Part shown: positions 27,256-37,942 of the stretch, one piece after another
Layout: every line of letters begins with the position of its first letter
Position numbering within the stretch: position 1 is the stretch's first letter
Assembly (NCBI GenBank): GCA_001029675.1
Contig: CP011210.1
Coordinates: 128,193-192,192, forward strand
Source: Candidatus Beckwithbacteria bacterium GW2011_GWC1_49_16
GTDB taxonomy: Bacteria > Patescibacteriota > Microgenomatia > UBA1400 > CG1-02-47-37
DNA: 64,000 bases
Direction of reading: 5' to 3'
Notes under the pieces: model-generated
What the model saw: the letters and a program-made list of their open reading frames with translations, nothing else
What the model was told of the DNA's origin: nothing
Database searches by the model: none
Position numbers and translations under genes: made by a program

Positions 27256-27331
27256 CGGTTACGAGGTAAGCTTTTAAAAAGAAGGTTTACCCCGTGATCG
27301 CGAAGCGATTTTACGGGGCTCTTTGAAAAGT
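27256..27331 (+). repeat. rrn leader repeat copy 1 (hairpin plus boxA-like GCTCTTTGAAAA)
   Basis: Near-identical to 30342-30418 (one indel, one substitution). Confidence 0.85.
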
Positions 27332-27373
27332 AAAGATCACTTTGTCAATTCAATTAGTGGTAGAACGTTAATT

Positions 27374-28845
<1,472 letters not shown>

Positions 28846-28926
28846 TAAGGAGAAATTTTTGCCTCTGAGGAGATCACCTCGTAAAAAACGAGACCCGTTC
28901 TGCCACTTGTTGAGTTGACAAATTTA

Positions 28927-28959
28927 CCCCACGTCGCTAAAAGCTATGTGGGGTTTTTT
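28927..28959 (+). terminator. hairpin plus T-tract downstream of 16S
   Basis: CCCCAC...GTGGGG followed by a run of Ts. Confidence 0.5.
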
Positions 28960-28979
28960 GTGTTAAAATAACTTCTCGA

Positions 28980-29053
28980 GGGCGCTTAGCTCAGTTGGTT
29001 AGAGCGCAGTCCTGATAAGACTGAGGTCCATGGTTCGAGTCCATGAGCGCCCA
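28980..29053 (+). tRNA. tRNA-Ile(GAT), CCA not encoded
   Basis: Acceptor GGGCGCT/AGCGCCC, anticodon arm CAGTC-CTGATAA-GACTG, GGTTCGAGTCC. Confidence 0.96.
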
Positions 29054-29998
29054 CAATTTATTTATTCCGTTTGTTAAGATAAAATGTTGCTATGGGTTCT
29101 CAACCTGGTTTACACGAGGTTCCGGCAAGCGAAGAGCTTTCTAAATATGAGAAAAGTGATGTTGTTGCCAAGGTAATTGACTGTATTGATCGTAAACTGG
29201 ATGAGGGACAGACTTCCACTATTTTGCTAACTGGCGGTCCGGGAGTGGGTAAATCAACGGCTTCTTATGAAGTGCTTGATTACTTAAAACTAGAAAGAGG
29301 CTTAGAGTCAGTGTGGATACAAGCTCCCGACATCGGCAGTGAAAAGACAAGAGATAGAATAATCCATATGGGCAACGACAAAGTCTTATTTATAGATTCA
29401 GTTGATAATTTATTTCCTTCTTCTAAAGACCCCGATGAGGTGGCTGAAACAGTGAAGCTATTAAAAGATTTAGCCCAAAAAGGAGAGGGTCCAATAGTTA
29501 TAGCTAACATCCATGATCCCTATTTAGTTAAAAGAGAGATTAAAACAACCCATCTTCCTTTAAGAGACCAAATACTAGGTGATACAGGCTTGTTTTCTGA
29601 TACAAAACAACATTTTGTCGTTGAAGATCGGTTTGTTAATGAAAAAGCCATGAGCGTGGCGGTAAAAAGACTGATAGGTCAGGCTGATATTCACGCGAGT
29701 TGGGCTACCTTTATTCAGCTTGAACTTGAAAAACACGAAGTTAATAAACATAGCGAAACAACCTTTGCATTGTCTTTACTAAAGAAAGATTCTATGCCAG
29801 GGAGTTTGAAGAAATCTTATGTTTTAGGCAGTGAAGATGAGGTCAGGACTTGGTTTAACGATGCTATTGAAGATGCTAGAAAGGTGGGAGAAGAATTTTA
29901 TCGGGCTTATTATGAGCCAGACAGCGAAAGTGAGGCTTTCAAGGGACTAGTGCGATTTGATGTAAGCTAGGATCTGGTTCGAGTCCATGAGCGCCCAC
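29031..29998. mobile_element. single-gene island at tRNA-Ile 3' end with 24-bp perfect direct repeats
   Basis: TGGTTCGAGTCCATGAGCGCCCAC at 29031-29054 and 29975-29998. Confidence 0.8.
29092..29970 (+). CDS. P-loop NTPase (AAA-like) orphan protein inside the rRNA spacer
   Basis: Walker A GGPGVGKS, Walker B-like VLFIDSVD; AT-rich. Confidence 0.8.
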   Translation: MGSQPGLHEVPASEELSKYEKSDVVAKVIDCIDRKLDEGQTSTILLTGGPGVGKSTASYEVLDYLKLERGLESVWIQAPDIGSEKTRDRIIHMGNDKVLFIDSVDNLFPSSKDPDEVAETVKLLKDLAQKGEGPIVIANIHDPYLVKREIKTTHLPLRDQILGDTGLFSDTKQHFVVEDRFVNEKAMSVAVKRLIGQADIHASWATFIQLELEKHEVNKHSETTFALSLLKKDSMPGSLKKSYVLGSEDEVRTWFNDAIEDARKVGEEFYRAYYEPDSESEAFKGLVRFDVS

Positions 29999-30015
29999 TT
30001 TTAAGTTATTTAAGC

Positions 30016-30044
30016 TTGACGCGTCTTAATAGTAGTGTTATCAT
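30016..30044 (+). promoter_or_regulatory. sigma70 promoter within the rRNA spacer
   Basis: TTGACG-17 nt-TATCAT with extended -10 TG. Confidence 0.65.
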
Positions 30045-30166
30045 ACATTTTGCCAAATTTTTAGGGAGAAAAAACTCTTAAATGCAAACTTTAAACCAAG
30101 GAAAATTAAACCAATGGGGTATTTTGCCGTGTTGATTTAACAGGTTTAAAAGTGAGCGTTTAGGTT

Positions 30167-30191
30167 AATCTCCCTCAAGGGAGATTTTTTT
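30167..30191 (+). terminator. intrinsic terminator-like hairpin
   Basis: AATCTCCC-TCAA-GGGAGATT followed by a T-tract. Confidence 0.6.
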
Positions 30192-30212
30192 CGGCAAGGA
30201 TCAAGGTTGGCT

Positions 30213-30285
30213 GGGCCCATGGCGCAGTTGGTAGCGCGTCTCGTTTGCAACGAGAAGGTCGTCGGTTCGACCCCGACTGGGTCCA
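30213..30285 (+). tRNA. tRNA-Ala(TGC)
   Basis: GGGCCCA/TGGGTCC acceptor with G3:U70; anticodon loop TTTGCAA. Confidence 0.96.
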
Positions 30286-30341
30286 CCGCGTAAAGTCCCG
30301 CTAAGCTGGACCACGCGGCAAGCACGCGTAAAGCAGGCAAG

Positions 30342-30418
30342 CGGTTACGAGGTAAGCTTTTAAAAAAGAAGGTTTACCCCGTGATCGCGAAGCGATTTTA
30401 CGGGGCTCTTTGACAAGT
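30342..30418 (+). repeat. rrn leader repeat copy 2 (hairpin plus boxA-like GCTCTTTGACAA)
   Basis: Matches 27256-27331. Confidence 0.85.
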
Positions 30419-30929
30419 GAAGAGAATACCGATCTTTATAGCCAAATATTTTGGTCTATTTGAATTAAAGCAGTCGGTGGATGCCTTGGATGTATTAGCC
30501 GAAGAAGGACGTGCCAGGCCACGATAGGCGTCGGGGAGCTGCCAAGAAGCTGTGATCCGGCGGTGTCCGAATGGGAAAACCTCCTCATTAGTAATAGTGG
30601 GGGCCCCGACAGCGCAAGCTTGTCGGGGGGGGAACCCGGGGAACTGAAATATCTAAGTACCCGGAGGAAAAGAAATTAAATAAGATGCCGTCAGTAGCGA
30701 CGAGCGAAAGCGGTCTAGTCCAAACTCCGACATTACGTCGGAGGGTTGTAGGGCTCCAATATGGGACTACGAGAGATAGTCGAACAACTCGGAATAGTTG
30801 GCCAAAGAAAGTGAAAGCCTTGTAGATGAAATTTTGAGTAGCTCTAGGAGATTCCTGAGTACCACGAGAGACGGCAAACTCTTGTGGGAAGCCGGGGCGA
30901 CCACGCTCCAAGACTAAATACTAATACAT

Positions 30930-30970
<41 letters not shown>

Positions 30971-32456
30971 GGGTCGATGACCCAGTGAAATAGTACCTGA
31001 AACCGATTGCTAACAAACAGTGGGAGGGCCGACGTAAGTCGAGCCTGACCGCGTGCCTATTGAAGAATGAGCCGGCGAGTCTTTGCTGGTGGCAAGGTTA
31101 AGTCGCTTGAAGCGACGGAGCCATAGTGAAAGCGAGCCTGAATAGGGCGATTAGTTGCCAGCAGAGGACCCGAAGCCGAGCGATCTATTCATGAGCAGGG
31201 TGAACCTCGAGTGATATCGGGGGGAAGCCCGAACCTGTGTATGTTGCAAAATGCTAGGATGACTTGTGAATAGAGGTAATATGCCAAACGAGCTCGGAGA
31301 TAGCTGGTTCTCCCCGAAATATATTTAGGTATAGCCTTTCCTTATTTAGGCGCAGGGGTAAAGCACTGGATGGGCATTAGGGACTTGTCTCTGATGCTCA
31401 ACCAAACTCTGAATACTGCGTTGATAACGGAAGGAGTCAGTTGCTGGGGGCTAAGCTCCAGCCGCAAAAGGGAAACAACCCAGATCTCCAGCTAAGGTCT
31501 CTAAATCACTTGCTTAGTTTGTAAGGAGGTCGTAGTCCTTAGACAGCCAGGAAGTCGGCTTAGAAGCAGCCATCTTTGAAAGAAAGCGTAACAGCTCACT
31601 GGTTGACGGAAGACGGCGCCGAAAATTTATCGAGGATAAAGCAGTGTACCGAAGCTGAGACCCCGACAGCGCAAGCTTGTCGGGGGGTAGGGGAGCGTTC
31701 TAAGGGCAGTGAAGGGCCGATGTAAATCGCGCCTGGAGCGCTTAGAAGTGAGAATGCCGGCATGAGTAGCGGAACTCCGGTGAGAATCCGGAGGGTCGAA
31801 AGTCCGAGGTTTCCTACGCAACGTTCGTCGGCGTAGGGTTAGTCGGGCCTAAGGCAAGCCCCGTGTAGTGCGGGGGTAGTCGATGGACAACAGGTTAATA
31901 TTCCTGTACCGGTGACCAATCGTTATTCCCGACGCAAGTCGGGATAAACAGCTGGGGTGGGACGGAATTTGAGAAGTCGAGCGTCTTATTGATTTGACGT
32001 CTAAAAGGCGAGTCAGTCCCGATGTGAAAATCAGTCGGGACGACGGCGAGTCTTGATGGAGAGTTCTCCTTTGGGAGAGCAATTCGACCGGCTTAAGTTT
32101 CCGAGAAAAGCATCGCAGCGAGAAGGGTCACCGCCCGTACCGCAAACCGACACAGGTGGACAAGTCGAGTAGACTAAGATCAGCGGAAGAACGGTGGTTA
32201 AGGAACTCGGCAAATTAGCTGGGAGTAATTTTGAGAGATTCCCTGTCCGACGTTACGTCGGACCGCAGCGAAAGAGTGCCAAGCGACTGTTTAACAAAAA
32301 CACAGGTCTATGCAAAGGCGCAAGCCTAGGTATATGGGCTGAAACCTGCCCAATGCCGGAAGGTTAATTGAGAGGGTGACGTCCGACTTCGGTCGTGACC
32401 GAGCCTTCGATCGAAGCCCCGGTGAATGGCGGCTTTAACTATAAGAGTCCAAAGGT

Positions 32457-33119
32457 AGAATCGCTGCCTTTGTAAAATTTTGCTATATGCTGGAAACTCC
32501 GAGAATCTTGAACTACTGCCTGTTTATGTGTAATACTACACATAATGGGAAGTAAAAAAGTTACAAGTGCGGACAATCAGCAGGAAAGGCTAAAAACGAT
32601 TGGTTGGATAGTTGGTTTCACAGATGGTGATGGTTGTTTTTGTATTTCGATAAACAAAAACCACAGATTAAAACTTGGTTGGCAAGTGGTTCCTGAGTTT
32701 GTAATAACTCAAGGAGAGAAAAGCCTAGAGAGCTTAAAACTTGTTAAAAAGTTTTTTAAATGTGGAAGAATCTTTATTAATCGAAGACATGACAACCATA
32801 AGGAAGACCTTCATAGATATTGCGTGAGAAGTATAGCTGACTTAGAAGAAAAGATAATTCCTTTCTTTGAGAAAAATCAGTTAAAAACCTACAAAAGAAA
32901 ATCATTTGAGACTTGGAGTAAAGCAGTGAAGTTGATGATAAACAAAAGACTTCATTTAAGTATGAAAGGGATTAGAAAGTTAGCAGAAATGTCAGCGGAG
33001 ATAAACCAACAGAAACGACCAAAGTTTTTAGAATCCTCAGAGACTATACGCAGAAGTCCCGCTAAGCGGGATAAGATATAGTCCGATCTCATAAGCGATT
33101 ATGAGTTAACATTATTAAG
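32457..33119 (+). mobile_element. group I intron at 23S position L1931 (663 nt)
   Basis: Interrupts AAGGT^AGCGAA; P1 AAAGGU/GCCUUU with U:G; P10 UCGCU/AGCGA; core AATCAGCAG, TCAGAGACTA, AAGATATAGTCC; terminal G. Confidence 0.95.
32545..33081 (+). CDS. single-motif LAGLIDADG homing endonuclease
   Basis: WIVGFTDGDGCF, F.ITQ, FF.CG.I, IIPFF. Confidence 0.93.
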   Translation: MGSKKVTSADNQQERLKTIGWIVGFTDGDGCFCISINKNHRLKLGWQVVPEFVITQGEKSLESLKLVKKFFKCGRIFINRRHDNHKEDLHRYCVRSIADLEEKIIPFFEKNQLKTYKRKSFETWSKAVKLMINKRLHLSMKGIRKLAEMSAEINQQKRPKFLESSETIRRSPAKRDKI

Positions 33120-33236
33120 AGCGAAGTACCTTGTCGGGTAAGTTCCGACGCGCACGAAAGGTGTAACGACTTGGCAACTGTCTTGACCACTGATCCGGTG
33201 AAATTGAAATGGCTGTGAAGATGCGGCCTATTGACT

Positions 33237-33267
<31 letters not shown>

Positions 33268-33908
33268 ATAACTTGACATTGGTTTATTTAAGTTGATCGT
33301 CTAGGATAGGCGGGACCCCGACTTTATGTCGGGGGCCAGTGTAATACCGCTCGTTAACTTGAGTAAATCTAACTTATGATCTCTGGAAACGGGATTAGGG
33401 ACAGTGTCTGGGAGGTAGTTTCGCTGGGGAGGTGGTTTGCTAAAAAGTACCGCAAACGCGCAAAGGTACCCTTAGCGCGGATAGAAATCGCGCTGAAAGT
33501 GTAAAGGCAAAAGGGTGCTTGACTGTGACACTTACAAGTGAAGCAGGAGCGAAAGCTGGCCTTAGTGATCCTCGAATCCGTTGTGGAACGGATCGGGCTT
33601 ATCGGATAAAAGCTACCCCGGGGATAACAGAGTAGTCGCACCCAAGCGTCCACAGCGACGGTGCGGTTCGCTACCTCGATGTCGGCTCAGGGTATCCTGG
33701 GGGTGTAGAAGCTCCCAAGGGTTGGTCTGTTCGCCCATTAAAACCCTACGTGAGCTGGGTTCAGAACGTCGCAAGACAGTTCGGTCTCTATCCGCAGTCA
33801 ACGTTGGATTCTTGAGGGAAGCTGACCTCAGTACGAGAGGACCAGGTTGGGCCAGTCCCTAGTGTGCCGGTTGTCGCATCAGCGGCACTGCCGGGTAGCT
33901 ACACTGGT

Positions 33909-33946
<38 letters not shown>

Positions 33947-34109
33947 TCCCAAGATGAGGAATCCCATTAAGATCCCTGGGAGACTACCAGGTGATAGGCA
34001 GCCGGTGTAAGTGCCGTAAGGCATTTAGCCTAGCTGTACTAATCGATCGATCGAAAATAGACCAATTTATTTTGGCTATAAAGAACGAGTATTCTCTTTA
34101 AAATAACTT

Positions 34110-34263
34110 TCCCGGTCTTTAGAGCGTTGTCGAACCACCTCTTTTACCGGTTTTACCGAGTATCCTCGGCAGAGCCGGGACCATCCCGAACAGAGTCGTG
34201 AAAGGCAGCAGCGGGGACGATAGGTCCGACGCAAGTCGGACTGAAAATACCTCAAGGCCGGGA
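34110..34263 (+). rRNA. rrf: 5S rRNA with an expansion of about 36 nt
   Basis: Terminal stem TCCCGGTCTT/AAGGCCGGGA, CCATCCCGAAC, GTGAAA; position after 23S. Confidence 0.9.
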
Positions 34264-34276
34264 TTTTTTGTGGGTC

Positions 34277-34735
34277 TTACTCCCAGGGATAAACGATCCA
34301 GACGTCGTTGTCGATTTGGCGGGCAAAAATGTCTGGTTTGACGCGCGAGCGGGGTTTGTAGTGGAGAGCTGCGGTGGTGATCATTTGGGGCTGATGGGTT
34401 TTGACCAGGGTGAGGGCTTTTTTTAAGGTTTGGCCGGAGTCGGCCACGTCGTCTAAGATCAGCACCTTTTTATTCTCGATGGGGTAGATGTTTAAGGGGG
34501 AGACGATTTTAACTTTTTTGCTTTGGTAGCCGGGCTGGCCTTCGATGGCAATTTCTTCAAGCTGCAGAGTGACGATGTGGGGACGACTCAAATATTTGTT
34601 GGCGATGATGGTAGCAGGGGGCAGGCCGCCTTTGGTGATGGCGACGATAACGTCGACGGAGTGGGGGATTTTTTGGGCCAGCGCCTTACAGTCGGCCTCG
34701 ATGTCCTGCCAGGAGAGAGTAAGTTTTTGAGCCAT
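34277..34735 (-). CDS. purine phosphoribosyltransferase (Gpt/HPRT-like)
   Basis: VAITKGGL.PA, VLILDDVADSGQTL, WIVYPWE. Confidence 0.9.
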   Translation of the reverse strand: MAQKLTLSWQDIEADCKALAQKIPHSVDVIVAITKGGLPPATIIANKYLSRPHIVTLQLEEIAIEGQPGYQSKKVKIVSPLNIYPIENKKVLILDDVADSGQTLKKALTLVKTHQPQMITTAALHYKPRSRVKPDIFARQIDNDVWIVYPWE

Positions 34736-34797
34736 AGACTATTGTAGCAAATTGAGGTAAAATCAAAAAACTTTAATGAAAGGAGACTTATGAAGTC

Positions 34798-35943
34798 ATG
34801 GCAAAAAAGACGATCAAGGCGGTAAAAAAGTCTGGGAAAGAGCCCCAGACGATGGACGAGTTATTGAAGGCAACGGGATATAAGCTCAAAGGTTTGAAAA
34901 AAGGCCAGCTGGTAGAGGGAGTGGTAACTGACGTGACCCGCGGGGCAATCCTGATTGACATTGGCGCCAAAACCGAAGGGGTAGTGGTGGACAAGGAGCT
35001 GGAGGTAGCCAGGGAGTTGATGGAGCATTTGAGCGTGGGCGATACGGTTCAGGCTTATGTGGGTTCGCCGGAAAATGAGCGGGGGCAGATTTTACTTTCT
35101 TTAAGACAAGCGGTGATGGACAAGCGCTGGGAGTTGTTTGAAAGGCTACTTAAGACCGGCGAGGCGGTGGCTGTCCGGGGCCTGGAAGTGAACAAGGGAG
35201 GGATTATTGTCCGAAGCCGCGGGGTACGAGGGTTTGTGCCATCAAGTCAGTTTGGCAGGAAGTATTTGGGCAAACTTGATGAATTGAAAAACGAGAAGTT
35301 TGAGGTCAAGGTGATCGAGGTCGATCGGGAGAAGAACCGGCTGATTTTTTCGGAGAAGGCGGTTTCTGAACAGGAGGCTTTGGCCAAGCAAAACGAAGCC
35401 TTAAAGCTGGTTAGTCCAGGTGACGAGCTGTCCGGAGTAGTGTCGGGAATCATGCCTTTTGGTGTGTTTGTCAGGGCCAACGTGCCCCTAAAGAAAAAAG
35501 CCAAGACGAAGCAGGCGGATAAGGAGTTGTTTTTAGAAGGTTTGGTGCACATATCGGAGATTTCCTGGGAAAAGGTGGAGAATCCGGGCAATTACTTTAA
35601 GACGGGAGACAAGATTAAAGTTAAAGTAATTGGGGTGGATGAGAAAAGCGCCAGGCTTAATTTGTCGGTGAAACAGCTGATGGCTGATCCGTGGGAGAAG
35701 ATTGCCAAAGACTACCCCGAAGGCAGCAAGGTAAAAGGCGAGATTACCCGAATGGCTTCCTTTGGAGCCTTTGTCAGCTTGGCGGCCGGGGTTGACGGCT
35801 TGATCCACATCTCAAAGATTCCGGCAGACAGCCAGTTTAAAGTGGGCCAGAAAATTGAGTGCTTTGTGGAACAGGTGGATATGTCTCACAGGCGAATGAG
35901 TTTGAGCTTGGCTCTAATCAAAAAGCCGGTAGGCTATAAATAA
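34798..35943 (+). CDS. rpsA: 30S ribosomal protein S1 (four S1 domains)
   Basis: IDIGAKTEG, NKGG...GFVPSSQ, EGLVHISEISW, DGLIHIS. Confidence 0.9.
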   Translation: MAKKTIKAVKKSGKEPQTMDELLKATGYKLKGLKKGQLVEGVVTDVTRGAILIDIGAKTEGVVVDKELEVARELMEHLSVGDTVQAYVGSPENERGQILLSLRQAVMDKRWELFERLLKTGEAVAVRGLEVNKGGIIVRSRGVRGFVPSSQFGRKYLGKLDELKNEKFEVKVIEVDREKNRLIFSEKAVSEQEALAKQNEALKLVSPGDELSGVVSGIMPFGVFVRANVPLKKKAKTKQADKELFLEGLVHISEISWEKVENPGNYFKTGDKIKVKVIGVDEKSARLNLSVKQLMADPWEKIAKDYPEGSKVKGEITRMASFGAFVSLAAGVDGLIHISKIPADSQFKVGQKIECFVEQVDMSHRRMSLSLALIKKPVGYK

Positions 35944-35960
35944 TATATAAAGGAGGCAAT

Positions 35961-36113
35961 ATGGCAAAGAAAAAAATGATCATTTACGACGACACCATTT
36001 TGGTCGACTTTAAACTGGTGTTTGACGCCATTAGGGAAGAAAAAGGCGACTGGCAGAAGGTAGAAAAAGAACTCCAGGAGCTTCTAGAGTCGGTCAGCGG
36101 CGAGAGGGAGTAG
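35961..36113 (+). CDS. 50-aa small protein (below the ORF-track cutoff)
   Basis: AAGGAGG 4 nt before ATG; MAKKKMIIYDDTILVDFKLVFDAIREEKGDWQKVEKELQELLESVSGERE. Confidence 0.7.
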   Translation: MAKKKMIIYDDTILVDFKLVFDAIREEKGDWQKVEKELQELLESVSGERE

Positions 36114-36122
36114 TAGGCTCAG

Positions 36123-37910
36123 ATGTCAAAAAGCCTCAAAAAAAAGAAGATGGTTGAAGCTCGGCGCCCAGTAGAAAATCTTGAAGTTCAAGCCCCACAT
36201 TTAGCCAGACAACTTAAGGAGTTCATGGGGAAACTCTCTGAACGGTGGTTAGATCGGATTGAAAATCGAGAAAGGGTAGGACGGGGCATTGATTGGGTGC
36301 AATCATTTATCGCGTGGAAAGCCTTAAGCAGGTTACAGAGAGCCGAAGAGGCCCAGGACCCTAGAGTAGATGAGGCGCGAGAATTGGCCAGAGAAATGCA
36401 TGGAAAATCTAACCATCATTTTTTTGTTACTTGTATTGATGGTCGGAATTTGCCGGCGATAATGTTTTCCTTTGTGCCTAAGCTGGGAGGGGCGATGAGA
36501 ACACAGGCGGGAGAATTGTTTAGCTTCGGCGAAGAACTTGACCCTAAAACTGTGGCAGTAAACAAGGATTCGTTTGAAGCGCAGGCTATCAAAAAATTGG
36601 TGGCTGATCCGGAAAGAAAAGGAAACACAATCTACTACTCACTTGATAGTCATCTTGGCTGCGCGGCTAAAGATGGGATGCATTTGTCTGAAGGGGCAGA
36701 AGAGAGTGATGGTGGTCTTTTGGATGATGTGGGGCGGAAAATGAAAATTTCCCATGGAATACAAGAGTTTTATAGGGAGTTGAGGGGCCAGAAGATACCA
36801 GTAGCCGATATTGTACCGCAAAACTTTTCTTATAATCCCCATGATGGCACCATATATCTTGGCCTCGAGATGCATATTGATAATGCCCCAAGAGAAGGCT
36901 TCACGCAAAGGGTGTTAAGTGAGTATAGAAAAAATGGAGATGTGGTGAATACCTGGGATTTTTTAGAAGATGCAGAAGTAATCAAAGCCCTTGAAGCTCA
37001 AAACATTCCCCAAGCAGATTTTAGAGGGAATTTTGCCGAGAGTATGCTTGGTAACTGGCAAGCAATTTATGCTCTTTGGAATAAAGGTGAGGGCGAGGTT
37101 TATCGAAAGATTTATCAGCGCATCAAACAAGCATATATCAAGAACGGCTTTTCAATTAGTGATGAAGTTGGTTCAGATTCCCATTTAATTTACGACGGAG
37201 AAAAAGTAGTCATCAGAGGAGCGATAGAAAACAAAGCCAAGGTAATGTTAAAAAACTTGGTAACCAGATGGTCAATTGCGCAAGCCAATCAGGGTGAAGG
37301 CGCTTGGCCTTTTGCCGAACACCAGGAACAGGGAGTAGTGATTACAGAGGGTGGTTATGCGCCTTTTCCAAATCCTGGTAATAAGCCGTTTCCTCCAGAT
37401 ATGTTTGCGGTTTTTGCCTACGATGATCCTCATAACTTAGTTGATCACACGCTTTTGAGTGCTAATTTAGTAAGAGATTTTAGGAGAACTGGCAAGATAA
37501 AGGACCCACTCGGTAAGTTAGAGGGGGCCGAGTTTGTTGGGGTGCCAGTGTTAGTTTTGAATCATCAAATTTTAAGAAACTTGGGTGAAGAATCTTGGGG
37601 CATTTTGGAAAGAACTAACTTTACCGATCTGTTTTCTTCTTTAGACTGGAATTTTGGTTCAGAAATTTATAGGTGGGGAAAGCCAGATATAAAAGATCTT
37701 TTGATGAAGGCTGTTGGAAAAGAGACATTTACTGAGGCAAATGACGTGTCTGAATTGATAGACGCTACGTGGGAACTTTTCTCTCGTACCAAAGCGATGT
37801 TGCTACACAGAGATATTAGAAGATTGATTATTAAAGGGAGGCTTTTAATCGTCAATAAGCTGATCGACGGCTACCGCAAACCAAGAGTATTTATGCCGAT
37901 GGTATTTTAA
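36123..37910 (+). CDS. hypothetical protein with beta-carbonic-anhydrase-like Zn motifs
   Basis: 595 aa; CIDGR (CxDxR) and HLGC (HxxC). Confidence 0.55.
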   Translation: MSKSLKKKKMVEARRPVENLEVQAPHLARQLKEFMGKLSERWLDRIENRERVGRGIDWVQSFIAWKALSRLQRAEEAQDPRVDEARELAREMHGKSNHHFFVTCIDGRNLPAIMFSFVPKLGGAMRTQAGELFSFGEELDPKTVAVNKDSFEAQAIKKLVADPERKGNTIYYSLDSHLGCAAKDGMHLSEGAEESDGGLLDDVGRKMKISHGIQEFYRELRGQKIPVADIVPQNFSYNPHDGTIYLGLEMHIDNAPREGFTQRVLSEYRKNGDVVNTWDFLEDAEVIKALEAQNIPQADFRGNFAESMLGNWQAIYALWNKGEGEVYRKIYQRIKQAYIKNGFSISDEVGSDSHLIYDGEKVVIRGAIENKAKVMLKNLVTRWSIAQANQGEGAWPFAEHQEQGVVITEGGYAPFPNPGNKPFPPDMFAVFAYDDPHNLVDHTLLSANLVRDFRRTGKIKDPLGKLEGAEFVGVPVLVLNHQILRNLGEESWGILERTNFTDLFSSLDWNFGSEIYRWGKPDIKDLLMKAVGKETFTEANDVSELIDATWELFSRTKAMLLHRDIRRLIIKGRLLIVNKLIDGYRKPRVFMPMVF

Positions 37911-37942
37911 GAAGTGAGTTTTGGGCGTGATATACTAGCTTC

